From an uncultured Gammaproteobacteria bacterium (GTDB lineage: Bacteria; Patescibacteriota; Patescibacteriia; SBBC01; CAIJZX01), in the NCBI GenBank assembly GCA_964383765.1, contig CAYLHT010000002.1, forward strand, positions 62,774-126,773: a stretch of 64,000 nt of DNA, written 5' to 3'. Below, one piece after another: positions 46,434 to 54,778 of the stretch. Both the position numbers and the translations under genes were made by a program. The notes under the pieces are model-generated. The model worked only from the letters and a program-made list of their open reading frames with translations. It was not told where the DNA came from and did no database searches. Numbering within the stretch: the first letter of the stretch is position 1; the number at the start of each line of letters is the position of its first letter.

Positions 46434-46982
46434 AAAATAATTTCTGCCCTGACCTGGTACGCCCTGGGACTGATTGTGATTGGGGCTGGATTACGTGTAG
46501 TTCGGCATTTTGGTTACCTGCCCTTGCCCCCAAACGTGGCACCGGTCAGCGCGCTGGCGATGTTCAGCGCTATTGGTTTGCCGCGGCGATATGCCTTTGT
46601 GGTACCGCTGGGATTAATGCTGGTAGCCGACATGGTCATCGGTTTTGATCTGCTACCTATCACCCTGAGCATTTACGCTTGCTTTGCCGTTAGTTACTTG
46701 ATTGGCCGTTGGATCAATCGACAGTTCAGCGTCACTCGTTTGGTGATCGGAACGTTGACTGGTTCAATTATTTTTTTTCTGGTCACCAACGCCGCGGTTT
46801 GGGCGTTCAGTTCGATTTATGTGCAGACTGGGACTGGACTACTGCAGGCATATATTGCCGGCCTGCCGTTTTTCCGCAACACGGTGCTCGGCGACCTCGG
46901 CTACACCGGCCTGTTCTTTGGCCTGTACCAGTTAGCCGTGGTATACTCTCGTCGACGGGCACCCGTCGCCGTGCATGACTGA
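46431..46982 (+). CDS. Small polytopic membrane protein (184 aa), ECF-transporter S-component-like (CbrT-like candidate).
   Basis: About six TM helices, size typical of ECF S components. Adjacent to DUF4430 genes. The start ATG lies inside the 3' arm of inverted-repeat element A2. Family call is contextual. Confidence 0.4.
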   Translation: MKIISALTWYALGLIVIGAGLRVVRHFGYLPLPPNVAPVSALAMFSAIGLPRRYAFVVPLGLMLVADMVIGFDLLPITLSIYACFAVSYLIGRWINRQFSVTRLVIGTLTGSIIFFLVTNAAVWAFSSIYVQTGTGLLQAYIAGLPFFRNTVLGDLGYTGLFFGLYQLAVVYSRRRAPVAVHD

Positions 46983-47865
46983 ATTTAAGCGCTATCAACC
47001 TCGTCGCAGTGCGCCGGCCTTTCCCTGGCGGAAATGGCTGGTGTGGGCGGTGATTGTCGTCGTCCTATTTCTGATTGGCAAGGCCATCTTTAGTCACGGC
47101 GGATCAAAGAAGCGAGCGACCACGAATAGGAACCAAGTCGACATTGCGTTGGTCAACGACAACACGAACGCCTCAGACCTACCACTCAACGGCAACAGCA
47201 ATGCCAACACCAATAGCGCACCGGTCGTGAGCGAGTCATGGGCGAATTTTTCGGTCAGCAGTTGCAGCGGAACAATCGGGACGGTGACGACCACCAAGAA
47301 GTATGTGGCTTTGACCTTTGATTTGGCGGCCGCCAACGATCAAGCCAAGCAGCTCATCGGTTACTTACAGCAACAGAAAATCCCGGCTAGCTTCTTCAGT
47401 AGTGGCAGCTTCGCCGACACCAACGCGGACTTCGTGAAATCAGTCGCCAGCTCAGGGTTCTCAGTCTACAGCCGCGGACAAAAAACCGTGGACATGACGA
47501 CGCTGGCTAAAGCCGAGGTGGTGACATCCCTAACCTCGGCTGAAGAGAACATTAGCGCCGCCACGGGTCAAACGACTAAACCTTTGTTCCGACCGCCGTT
47601 TGGCAACACCAGTACTGATTTGGTGGCTACTGCCAAAGAACAAGGCTACTGCGCGATCACCTGGACGGTGGATGGACTCGACTGGAAAGATGGGGTGACG
47701 GCTGACCAGGTCAATCAGCGGGTGGCTGACAAACTTCAAGCCGGCGCAGTGATTGACTTGCACGCCGGGTACGACGTTACCCAAACGGCAGTCACCATGA
47801 TTGTGGCCAAGCTCAAAACGCTCGGCTACACGCCGGTCAGTTTGGCCACCTTATTACAATCGTAA
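46975..47865 (+). CDS. Polysaccharide deacetylase (NodB homology domain) with N-terminal TM.
   Basis: YVALTFDLAA...ASFFSSG and PLFRPPFGNTS...AITWTVDGLDWKD are NodB-domain motifs. N-terminal TM plus an Asn-rich linker. Confidence 0.75.
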   Translation: MTEFKRYQPRRSAPAFPWRKWLVWAVIVVVLFLIGKAIFSHGGSKKRATTNRNQVDIALVNDNTNASDLPLNGNSNANTNSAPVVSESWANFSVSSCSGTIGTVTTTKKYVALTFDLAAANDQAKQLIGYLQQQKIPASFFSSGSFADTNADFVKSVASSGFSVYSRGQKTVDMTTLAKAEVVTSLTSAEENISAATGQTTKPLFRPPFGNTSTDLVATAKEQGYCAITWTVDGLDWKDGVTADQVNQRVADKLQAGAVIDLHAGYDVTQTAVTMIVAKLKTLGYTPVSLATLLQS

Positions 47866-47951
47866 GCCCAACGCAGCAGGCGGCGGCGTCAGAACCGCTG
47901 ATTTGACAGCTCAGCATTGCTACTACATACTGTAGTAGAAAGGACCACACC

Positions 47952-49154
47952 ATGTCTGAATTTCCACAACCGCCACGCGTTTCCCTCGGATTACCACTGC
48001 TGATTGCCGCGCTCGTCGGCGGTCTGATTGGAGGTGCCTTTGGCTATCGTTTAGCTAGTTCGGCCCTGGGTGGAACGCATTCTGCGGCCACCTCCGCCTC
48101 AACCAAGACTCAAACCTTGGCGGTGCAGGAAGACTCGGCCTCGGTGGACGTCGTCCAGAAAGCCAACCCGGCGGTCGTTAGCATTATCATCAGCAAAGAC
48201 TTCTCGAAAATTTACGGCCAACAACCGTCCTCGCCATTTGATAACTTTTTCGGATTTCCCCTCGGCCAGCAAGTCCCCCAAGGTCAACAAGATATTGGCG
48301 GCGGGAGTGGTTTCATTGTTGGGTCGGACGGGTTGATTGTCACCAATAAACACGTCGTCGACGATGACCAGGCGACCTACACTGTCGTCATGAACGACGG
48401 CAAACGTTACGATGCCAAAGTCCTGGCCAAAGATCCGACAAACGATATTGCCATTGTCAAAATCGAGGCAACCGGATTGACGACCTTGCAACTCGACGAT
48501 TCGGATAAGGTCGTGATTGGCGAAACCGTGATCGCGATCGGCAATGCCCTAGGCGAATATCGTAACACCGTCACGAAAGGCATCATCTCCGGAAAATCCC
48601 GAACCATCACCGCCGGCGATTCAACCACCGGCCAATCGGAAACGCTGGAAGATGTCTTCCAAACCGACGCGGCGATTAACCCCGGCAACTCCGGCGGACC
48701 GTTGCTGAACTTGGCTGGCCATGTGATTGGCATGAATAGCGCGGTCAATTCATCCGGTCAACTGATTGGCTTTGCCATTCCGATCAACGCCGTCAAACGC
48801 GACCTCGATAGCGTGAATGCGTCAGGAAAAATTGTAAAGCCGTTCCTGGGTGTGCGCTATGTCTTAGTCTCAAAAGCATTAGCGCAGAATAACAAACTGC
48901 CCGTTGATCATGGGGCGCTGATCCAAGCCGACGACAGTACGAATAATCCAGCGGTCGTGTCTGGTTCACCGGCCGATAAAGCTGGCTTAGTCGCCGGTGA
49001 TATCATCGTGTCGCTGAATGGTACGGACATTAGCACTGATCATACGTTGGCCGGCTTACTGGGCACATACAACGTCGGCGATACCGTGACGTTAAAGGTC
49101 TACCACCAAGGGAAGGTGAAAGACGTGCAGGTGAAATTGGAAGAGCGGAAGTAG
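47952..49154 (+). CDS. htrA: HtrA/DegP-family serine protease with PDZ domain.
   Basis: Trypsin-like triad context GSGFIVGSDGLIVTNKHVV, DIAIVKI, GNSGGPLLN. C-terminal PDZ-like domain. N-terminal TM. Confidence 0.85.
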   Translation: MSEFPQPPRVSLGLPLLIAALVGGLIGGAFGYRLASSALGGTHSAATSASTKTQTLAVQEDSASVDVVQKANPAVVSIIISKDFSKIYGQQPSSPFDNFFGFPLGQQVPQGQQDIGGGSGFIVGSDGLIVTNKHVVDDDQATYTVVMNDGKRYDAKVLAKDPTNDIAIVKIEATGLTTLQLDDSDKVVIGETVIAIGNALGEYRNTVTKGIISGKSRTITAGDSTTGQSETLEDVFQTDAAINPGNSGGPLLNLAGHVIGMNSAVNSSGQLIGFAIPINAVKRDLDSVNASGKIVKPFLGVRYVLVSKALAQNNKLPVDHGALIQADDSTNNPAVVSGSPADKAGLVAGDIIVSLNGTDISTDHTLAGLLGTYNVGDTVTLKVYHQGKVKDVQVKLEERK

Positions 49155-49242
49155 CCTGCGTTTCTTCTCTACCCTGCGGGCTTACGCCCGCCGGGTAGCT
49201 TTATGGTATACTCATATTGAAACCAATAACCAAGAAGGACCT

Positions 49243-50406
49243 ATGCATACCCGCCGAGGCAATCTGATTCCAGCGGTGATTGTGATTTTGGCGATCTCAG
49301 CATTGATTGCAGTCTATGCCTTTTCCATTTGGCCCAAGTCGGACGAGTTTAAGGTGAGTGTGCCGGTAATTAAAACCAAAGCTACAAATGCAGGGTCGAA
49401 TATTTCAACCGGAAACGCAAACACGAATACTACCGCTGAAACCCTGCCGGCTGGGGTGAAAAGATTTACCTCGGACGACCTAGGGATAACGTTCACTTAT
49501 TTGGCAACGGGTAAAGACTATACCACAACCGTTCAAGAAATCGGCGATAAAGTCTACGTCGCACAAAATCTTCGGGCGAACGAATCTATAACCACTGGCC
49601 AATGGGTTGAGGTGATATCAAAAGATACCAACGACACCCTCGCTCAAGCCATCGAAAAAAAATTCCTCGTCAACTACGACTCAAAGAAATGTTTTGTGAA
49701 AGCGACCGTTTCTACCGGTTACCCCTCGACCTATTCGACTGCCAGGATTTCTTTTCCATACGCAAATAACAACGTCGATCCGTGGTTTGCGCCCGGGGAA
49801 AATTGTCCGCCGAACTACACTGAAACGAATGGCGAGAACTACTTTATGATGGATAGCGCCCACCCCGATAGATTTCTATTTTTCAGTATCGGCCAATACG
49901 GTATTTGGGGGTCGAACGATCAGAAAACCACTTGGCAAGGAACGCTGAGAGTCACTCATACGAACCCCACCGCCGGATGGAAGACGTATACGAATACCGT
50001 GAATCATTATTCAATCCAGTATCCGCCGAACTACACGCAACAAGTTAATGGTGGCACGATAGAATTCGAAAAAAATGGTTCCCCGCAGCAAAGTGCGCTT
50101 CAAGCTGTGAATATTATTGTTTTCTCAGAAACGGATCAAAACATCAACTCCAACGAAGACCTCTACACCTGGGCAAAAAATGGATTTTCTAGAACAGCAA
50201 GCCTGGTGGCGTATCACAATAATCCTCGGGAAGTTACCCTCGGAGCCAACACGTTTATTCAGACCGATGGCGATCAAGGGAGCTCCGGCATCCCAGAATA
50301 TTTCATCTTCCACAACAACGTTTTATATGAACTAACCGATCTGCATGGTGATATAGTTGGAAGCGAAAACCCTAGCATTATTTCCACCTTTACCTTCACG
50401 AAATAA
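49243..50406 (+). CDS. Hypothetical secreted protein (387 aa), in an AT-rich island.
   Basis: N-terminal TM/signal LIPAVIVILAISALIAVYAF. No recognisable motifs. Lower GC than the flanks. TATACT -10 at about 49207. Confidence 0.5.
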   Translation: MHTRRGNLIPAVIVILAISALIAVYAFSIWPKSDEFKVSVPVIKTKATNAGSNISTGNANTNTTAETLPAGVKRFTSDDLGITFTYLATGKDYTTTVQEIGDKVYVAQNLRANESITTGQWVEVISKDTNDTLAQAIEKKFLVNYDSKKCFVKATVSTGYPSTYSTARISFPYANNNVDPWFAPGENCPPNYTETNGENYFMMDSAHPDRFLFFSIGQYGIWGSNDQKTTWQGTLRVTHTNPTAGWKTYTNTVNHYSIQYPPNYTQQVNGGTIEFEKNGSPQQSALQAVNIIVFSETDQNINSNEDLYTWAKNGFSRTASLVAYHNNPREVTLGANTFIQTDGDQGSSGIPEYFIFHNNVLYELTDLHGDIVGSENPSIISTFTFTK

Positions 50407-50409
50407 GAC

Positions 50410-50646
50410 GTGCGATCTCGAACTGAGTTAACTCCAATCCTCATCACTTTTCTAGCTGTAACAGCGTTTTTGCTCGTGCTGAATTTAGCCATCCCCGCAC
50501 CAGCCGCCACTCCTAAAACTATTTTTGGCTGGCGCACCTACACCAATCAAACGATTTATTGCGCGGCCGACGTCAAAACCTGCTCGGATGGATCACGCGT
50601 GGCACGCCAAGCACCAACCTGTGAGTTTGCGGCGTGTCCAAAATAA
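50410..50646 (+). CDS. Small secreted Cys-containing protein (78 aa).
   Basis: Signal peptide, then four Cys (CAADVKTCSDG...CEFAACPK). Followed by a GC-rich hairpin and T-run. Confidence 0.4.
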   Translation: MRSRTELTPILITFLAVTAFLLVLNLAIPAPAATPKTIFGWRTYTNQTIYCAADVKTCSDGSRVARQAPTCEFAACPK

Positions 50647-50688
50647 GTGCCGGCTAGAGAGATTACACCACGGGTGTTGAAGACGGTC

Positions 50689-50760
50689 GGCGGCCCGCTC
50701 CTCACCTAACCTCTCCTCTGCAAGGAGAGGAACTGCGGGCCGCCGCCCTCGACGTTTTTT
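50689..50760 (+). terminator. GC-rich nested hairpin (family C repeat copy) followed by a T6 run. Probable intrinsic terminator for the 50410 gene.
   Basis: Outer stem CGGCGGCCCGC / GCGGGCCGCCG (11 bp), inner CCTCTCC-TCTGCAA-GGAGAGG, then CCCTCGACGTTTTTT. Confidence 0.45.
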
Positions 50761-50783
50761 AGCAACTGTGATAATCTTGCGAC

Positions 50784-50873
50784 ATGAACGACCTGGTCAG
50801 AAAACTGGAGACCCTACGCGACAAAATTTCTGCGTCGCGTAGGCTATCCTTCGACAGGCTCAGGACAGCCTAA
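50784..50873 (+). other. Duplicated, diverged copy of the prfB 5' leader: 29-codon mini-ORF MNDLVRKLETLRDKISASRRLSFDRLRTA.
   Basis: Same reading frame and 102-bp spacing relative to the true prfB 0-frame leader MNDLVKKLEHLRERIGVSRRLL*. Protein-level similarity, but the CTT TGA C shift site is replaced by an in-frame TCC TTC GAC. Confidence 0.5.
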
Positions 50874-50885
50874 CGATTACTTTGT

Positions 50886-52005
50886 ATGAATGATTTAGTA
50901 AAAAAACTGGAACACCTTCGTGAGCGCATTGGCGTTTCGCGAAGGCTGCTTTGACGTAGATCAGAAACGACAACAGATCGGGGAACTCGAGGAGGCGATG
51001 AGCCAGCCAGACTTTTGGTCTGATCGGAAAGCCGCTGAGGCCAAAAGCAAACACTTGAGCGAGCTGAAAGAAGAAATCGAAGGTTGGCAAAAGATTGACC
51101 ATGACGTGACAAGTTGGATTGAGCTGGCGGGCATGGCTGAAGAGTCACAGCGCAAAGAAGTTGAGATGCATGTGGCTGAGCTGGAGGAACAGTATCGTCA
51201 ACTCGAGTTTCGATTGCTGTTGAATGCAGAACACGACGAAGCCAACGCGATCGTCAGCATTCATGCCGGCACGGGGGGAACGGACGCGCAGGACTGGGCG
51301 GAGATGTTATCACGGATGCTGCTGAGGTTTTGTGAACAACGTAAGTGGAAAGCGAAAATCGTCGACGAATCAAAGGGGAATGAGGCCGGCATCAAGAGTA
51401 TGACCTTCGAAGTCACGGGTCGCTACGCTTTTGGATATTTGAAGTCAGAGGCGGGGGTACATCGGCTGGTGCGAATTTCACCGTTTGATGCCGAGAAAAT
51501 GCGGCATACGTCGTTCGCGCTAGTGGAAGTTATGCCGGAGCTTGAAGATATGGAAGAAATTCAGATTGACCCTAAAGACTTGCGAATCGATACCTTCCTG
51601 TCTTCTGGCCACGGTGGGCAAAGCGTCCAGACAACGTATTCCGCCGTGCGCGTCGTCCACTTGCCGACGAAAATTATGGTCTCGGTCCAAAACGAACGTT
51701 CCCAAACCCAGAATAAAGAAACGGCGTTGAAAATTCTCAAAGCTAAACTCCACCACCTCGAAGAACAAAAACGTGCCGACGAAAAAGCCAAACTGCGCGG
51801 GGAGTATCATGAAGCTGCTTGGGGCAACCAAATCCGATCGTATGTTTTGCAACCCTATCGGATGGTCAAAGATCATCGGACCAAGCACGAAACGTCGCAA
51901 GTCGACCAGGTATTGGACGGTGACTTGTTGCCGTTTATGGAGGCGTATTTGAGATGGGTCAAGGCCGGAAGGCCAAACCTCAAAGGGGGTGAAGATGAAG
52001 CATAA
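50886..52005 (+). CDS. prfB: Peptide chain release factor 2, with programmed +1 ribosomal frameshift.
   Basis: The 0-frame leader ends ...AGG CTG CTT TGA C at 50943-50955, the canonical CUU UGA C shift site with an upstream SD-like AAGG. The +1 frame continues DVDQKRQQIGELEE. Downstream SPF and GGQ region (SSGHGGQSVQTT). Confidence 0.85.
50949..50955 (+). promoter_or_regulatory. prfB: prfB +1 frameshift site CTT TGA C.
   Basis: Seen directly. The in-frame TGA at 50952-50954 is bypassed by the +1 shift into the long ORF frame. Confidence 0.8.
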
Positions 52006-52504
52006 GATTAGTATCCCCACTGCAGAACAACACGTGAGGATGCGACAGATTGCCGAGCAATATTTTGGAACGGCTCAAGATCCGGATCAAATCTTGATTA
52101 ATCAGGCGGCCGAAAAGAAGTTACGACAACTCGACTCAAGTGCAGTTTTGTGTGCTGAAGTCGATGGTCAGCCGGTCAGCTGGGTCGTTGCAGTTCCGAC
52201 GACGAAAGAACTGGCCAGAAAATTTCTCGATGGCGGGATCACGGAACGAGAATTATTTGCATTGACGAAACCACAACCGCGTTACGAAGCACTGTACTTT
52301 AGCGCGGTCTTCACACTCCCGGAATACCGAAAACAAGGTTTGGCAGAAGATGTCTTGCGCGAAGTTGTGCAGCGGGTTCCCTTGGTCGATGACCCCCTCT
52401 TATTTGGGTGGACCTACAGTCAAGATGGCATCAGCCTGTATGAGGCGGTTACTAAAAAATATGGTCGCCACGTCGAACTTCGTCGAGACCAATCCGCGTC
52501 TTGA
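51989..52504 (+). CDS. Hypothetical protein (171 aa), possibly acetyltransferase-like fold.
   Basis: Overlaps the prfB end by 17 nt. No strong motif. Followed by hairpin TTGACGttcacgtgCGTCAA plus TTTT. Confidence 0.5.
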   Translation: MKMKHKISIPTAEQHVRMRQIAEQYFGTAQDPDQILINQAAEKKLRQLDSSAVLCAEVDGQPVSWVVAVPTTKELARKFLDGGITERELFALTKPQPRYEALYFSAVFTLPEYRKQGLAEDVLREVVQRVPLVDDPLLFGWTYSQDGISLYEAVTKKYGRHVELRRDQSAS

Positions 52505-52757
52505 AGAAGCTCTACCAGTATGGATTGCCGGTGTAGATGATCGAGTGTACATTGAATGTCTTTTCGACCGGAGGGAGAAAATTACAGTGTGTCAAGATAC
52601 CGCGCAGATTTCTCCTCGCAGACTTGTCGAAATGAAAGTTTGTATTACAGTTTGACGGACTCGGACAAGTCTGGCATTCTTAGCCGACTGTAGTTCTGGC
52701 TCGTTCATTGACGTTCACGTGCGTCAATTTTGACGCGACCTGAGAAGGGAGTAGTGC

Positions 52758-54656
52758 ATGTGCGGAATCATTGGGTATGTTGGCCATCAACCGGTGGTCA
52801 AGTTGCTGCTGAGGGGCTTGGATTTGTTGGACTACCGTGGGTACGACTCGGCCGGTATCGCGGTGCTCGACCACGACGAGTTGAAGGTAGTCAAGACGGC
52901 TGATCCTCCTCGCCCCGGCGGTCAGGGTGGCCAGGGCGTGACCAAGCTTGAGCGGCTGGTCGAGGCCAAGGAATTGGTCGCCACCGTTGGCATCGGTCAC
53001 ACCCGCTGGGCGACGCATGGACTCAAGACGGACCTCAACGCCCATCCGCATGCTGACTGTCAGGGTCGGCTGGCGGTTGTCCACAACGGCCAAATCACCA
53101 ACCACGCCACGCTCCGGATTCGTCTCGAGCGGCAGGGTCACACGTTCCGTTCGGAGACCGATACGGAAGTCATCGTGCACCTGGTCGAGCAGTTCATCCG
53201 CGAGGGCGATCAGTTGTTCCCGGCGGTTCTGAAGACCGCCAAGTTGCCCGAAGGGGCATTCGCTTTCGGGGTGATCCGTCAGGAACATCCGCGCTCACTG
53301 ATCGGAGCCCGGAACGGCAGCCCGCTGGTGATCGGCCTGTCGGACCACGGCACGTTCTTGGCCTCGGACGCCGAGGCCTTCCGCGCCTCGACCGACCGGT
53401 TCGTCAATGTGGCGGACGGCGAAGTCGCGCTGGTTGAGGACCAAGCGTACCGAGTCTTCACGTTCGACAATGCTGTGATCGAACGGTCGGTGCAGCAGGT
53501 GCAGTATGAACTGGAGGCGCTGTCGAAAGGCGCCTATCGGACGTTCATGGAGAAGGAGATCCATGAGCAGCCGGACGTCGTCGAGCGGGTCTTGGAAGGT
53601 CGACTCAGTCTGGATGGCACGATCCGGCTGGGTGGGATCGAGCGTCAGCCAGACTTCCAGCGTTTCGTCCGCGACGAGCTGACGGATATCGTCATCCTCG
53701 GCTGCGGCACCTCGCTCTACGCTGGCTACGCGATCACCCGGTTCCTGTGGGAACTGGGTTTCCGAGCCCAGGCCATCGACGCGGCCGAATTCACCTACGC
53801 GCCGATGACGCTTCATCCCGGAACTTTGGTGGTGCCGATCTCGCAGTCCGGCGAAACCAAAGATCTGCTCGAGGCTATGGATCGGGTGCGAGCCGCTGGT
53901 TTGTGGAGCTTCGCGCTGTGCAACAAGCCTCACACCCAGCTGACCAGTTTCGGCTCGGGCATGTACTTGATGGCCGGCACCGAGAAAGCCGTTGCTTCGA
54001 CCAAGGCCTTCATGGCCCAAGTCATCAGCGGCGGACTACTTGGTCTGGCCCTGGCGCAGTTGCGTCAGCAGGTCAACACCCGCACCGTCACCGAGTTCGG
54101 CCATGCGGCGACTCAACTCAAGGCGGCCGTCGCGCACCAACTCAACCGCGCCGACGACTATCAGGCCATCGGGGCATCACTGCGGGAGGTCCAGCGGATG
54201 TTCTACATCGGTCGGGGATTCAACCGACCGGTGGCGCTCGAAGGGGCGCTCAAGATGATGGAAATCGCCGAGATGGATGCCCACGGGATGTCGGCCGCGG
54301 CTATGAAGCACGGGCCGTTGGCCCTGGTCCATCCGGAGATGGTGGTCGTCGCCATCGGCATGCCCGACCCGCGTCGACCGGAGATCGAAGCGGCCACGCT
54401 CGACAACGTCAACCAAGTCCTCAGCAACGGCGGGCATTTGATCGCTGTCGGCGCTGAGCACAGTTCCTTCCTCAAGCAGATCGACGCAGCCAACTCGCAG
54501 GTGCGAGCAGTCATCTCGGTGCCAGATCTGCAGCATGGGCTCTTGTCCGCACTGGCCGTTGTGCCACTCCAGTTGATGGCGCTCGGCGCGGCCGAAGCCC
54601 GGCACAAGAATCCGGATCGACCGCGCGGCCTGGCGAAAGCCGTAACCGTGCGCTAG
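52758..54656 (+). CDS. glmS: Glutamine--fructose-6-phosphate aminotransferase (isomerising).
   Basis: N-terminal MCGIIGYVG Ntn nucleophile, DYRGYDSAGIAV, and two SIS domains. 632 aa. RBS GGGAG. Confidence 0.9.
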   Translation: MCGIIGYVGHQPVVKLLLRGLDLLDYRGYDSAGIAVLDHDELKVVKTADPPRPGGQGGQGVTKLERLVEAKELVATVGIGHTRWATHGLKTDLNAHPHADCQGRLAVVHNGQITNHATLRIRLERQGHTFRSETDTEVIVHLVEQFIREGDQLFPAVLKTAKLPEGAFAFGVIRQEHPRSLIGARNGSPLVIGLSDHGTFLASDAEAFRASTDRFVNVADGEVALVEDQAYRVFTFDNAVIERSVQQVQYELEALSKGAYRTFMEKEIHEQPDVVERVLEGRLSLDGTIRLGGIERQPDFQRFVRDELTDIVILGCGTSLYAGYAITRFLWELGFRAQAIDAAEFTYAPMTLHPGTLVVPISQSGETKDLLEAMDRVRAAGLWSFALCNKPHTQLTSFGSGMYLMAGTEKAVASTKAFMAQVISGGLLGLALAQLRQQVNTRTVTEFGHAATQLKAAVAHQLNRADDYQAIGASLREVQRMFYIGRGFNRPVALEGALKMMEIAEMDAHGMSAAAMKHGPLALVHPEMVVVAIGMPDPRRPEIEAATLDNVNQVLSNGGHLIAVGAEHSSFLKQIDAANSQVRAVISVPDLQHGLLSALAVVPLQLMALGAAEARHKNPDRPRGLAKAVTVR

Positions 54657-54778
54657 CTCCATACACCCCGACAGTTTCAGGGGTGTTTTTCTCTACGGCC
54701 CCGAACACTGTCCAGTCTTGACAGTCTGCAGGATTTCGTTTAGGGTCGAAGTGACTTTCTGGTGGCCGAATTGCGTCT

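Noticed and set aside
52650-52757. glmS ribozyme upstream of glmS
   Set aside because: There is only a short hairpin plus T-run, a likely terminator of the upstream gene, and an RBS. No extended conserved core is recognisable.
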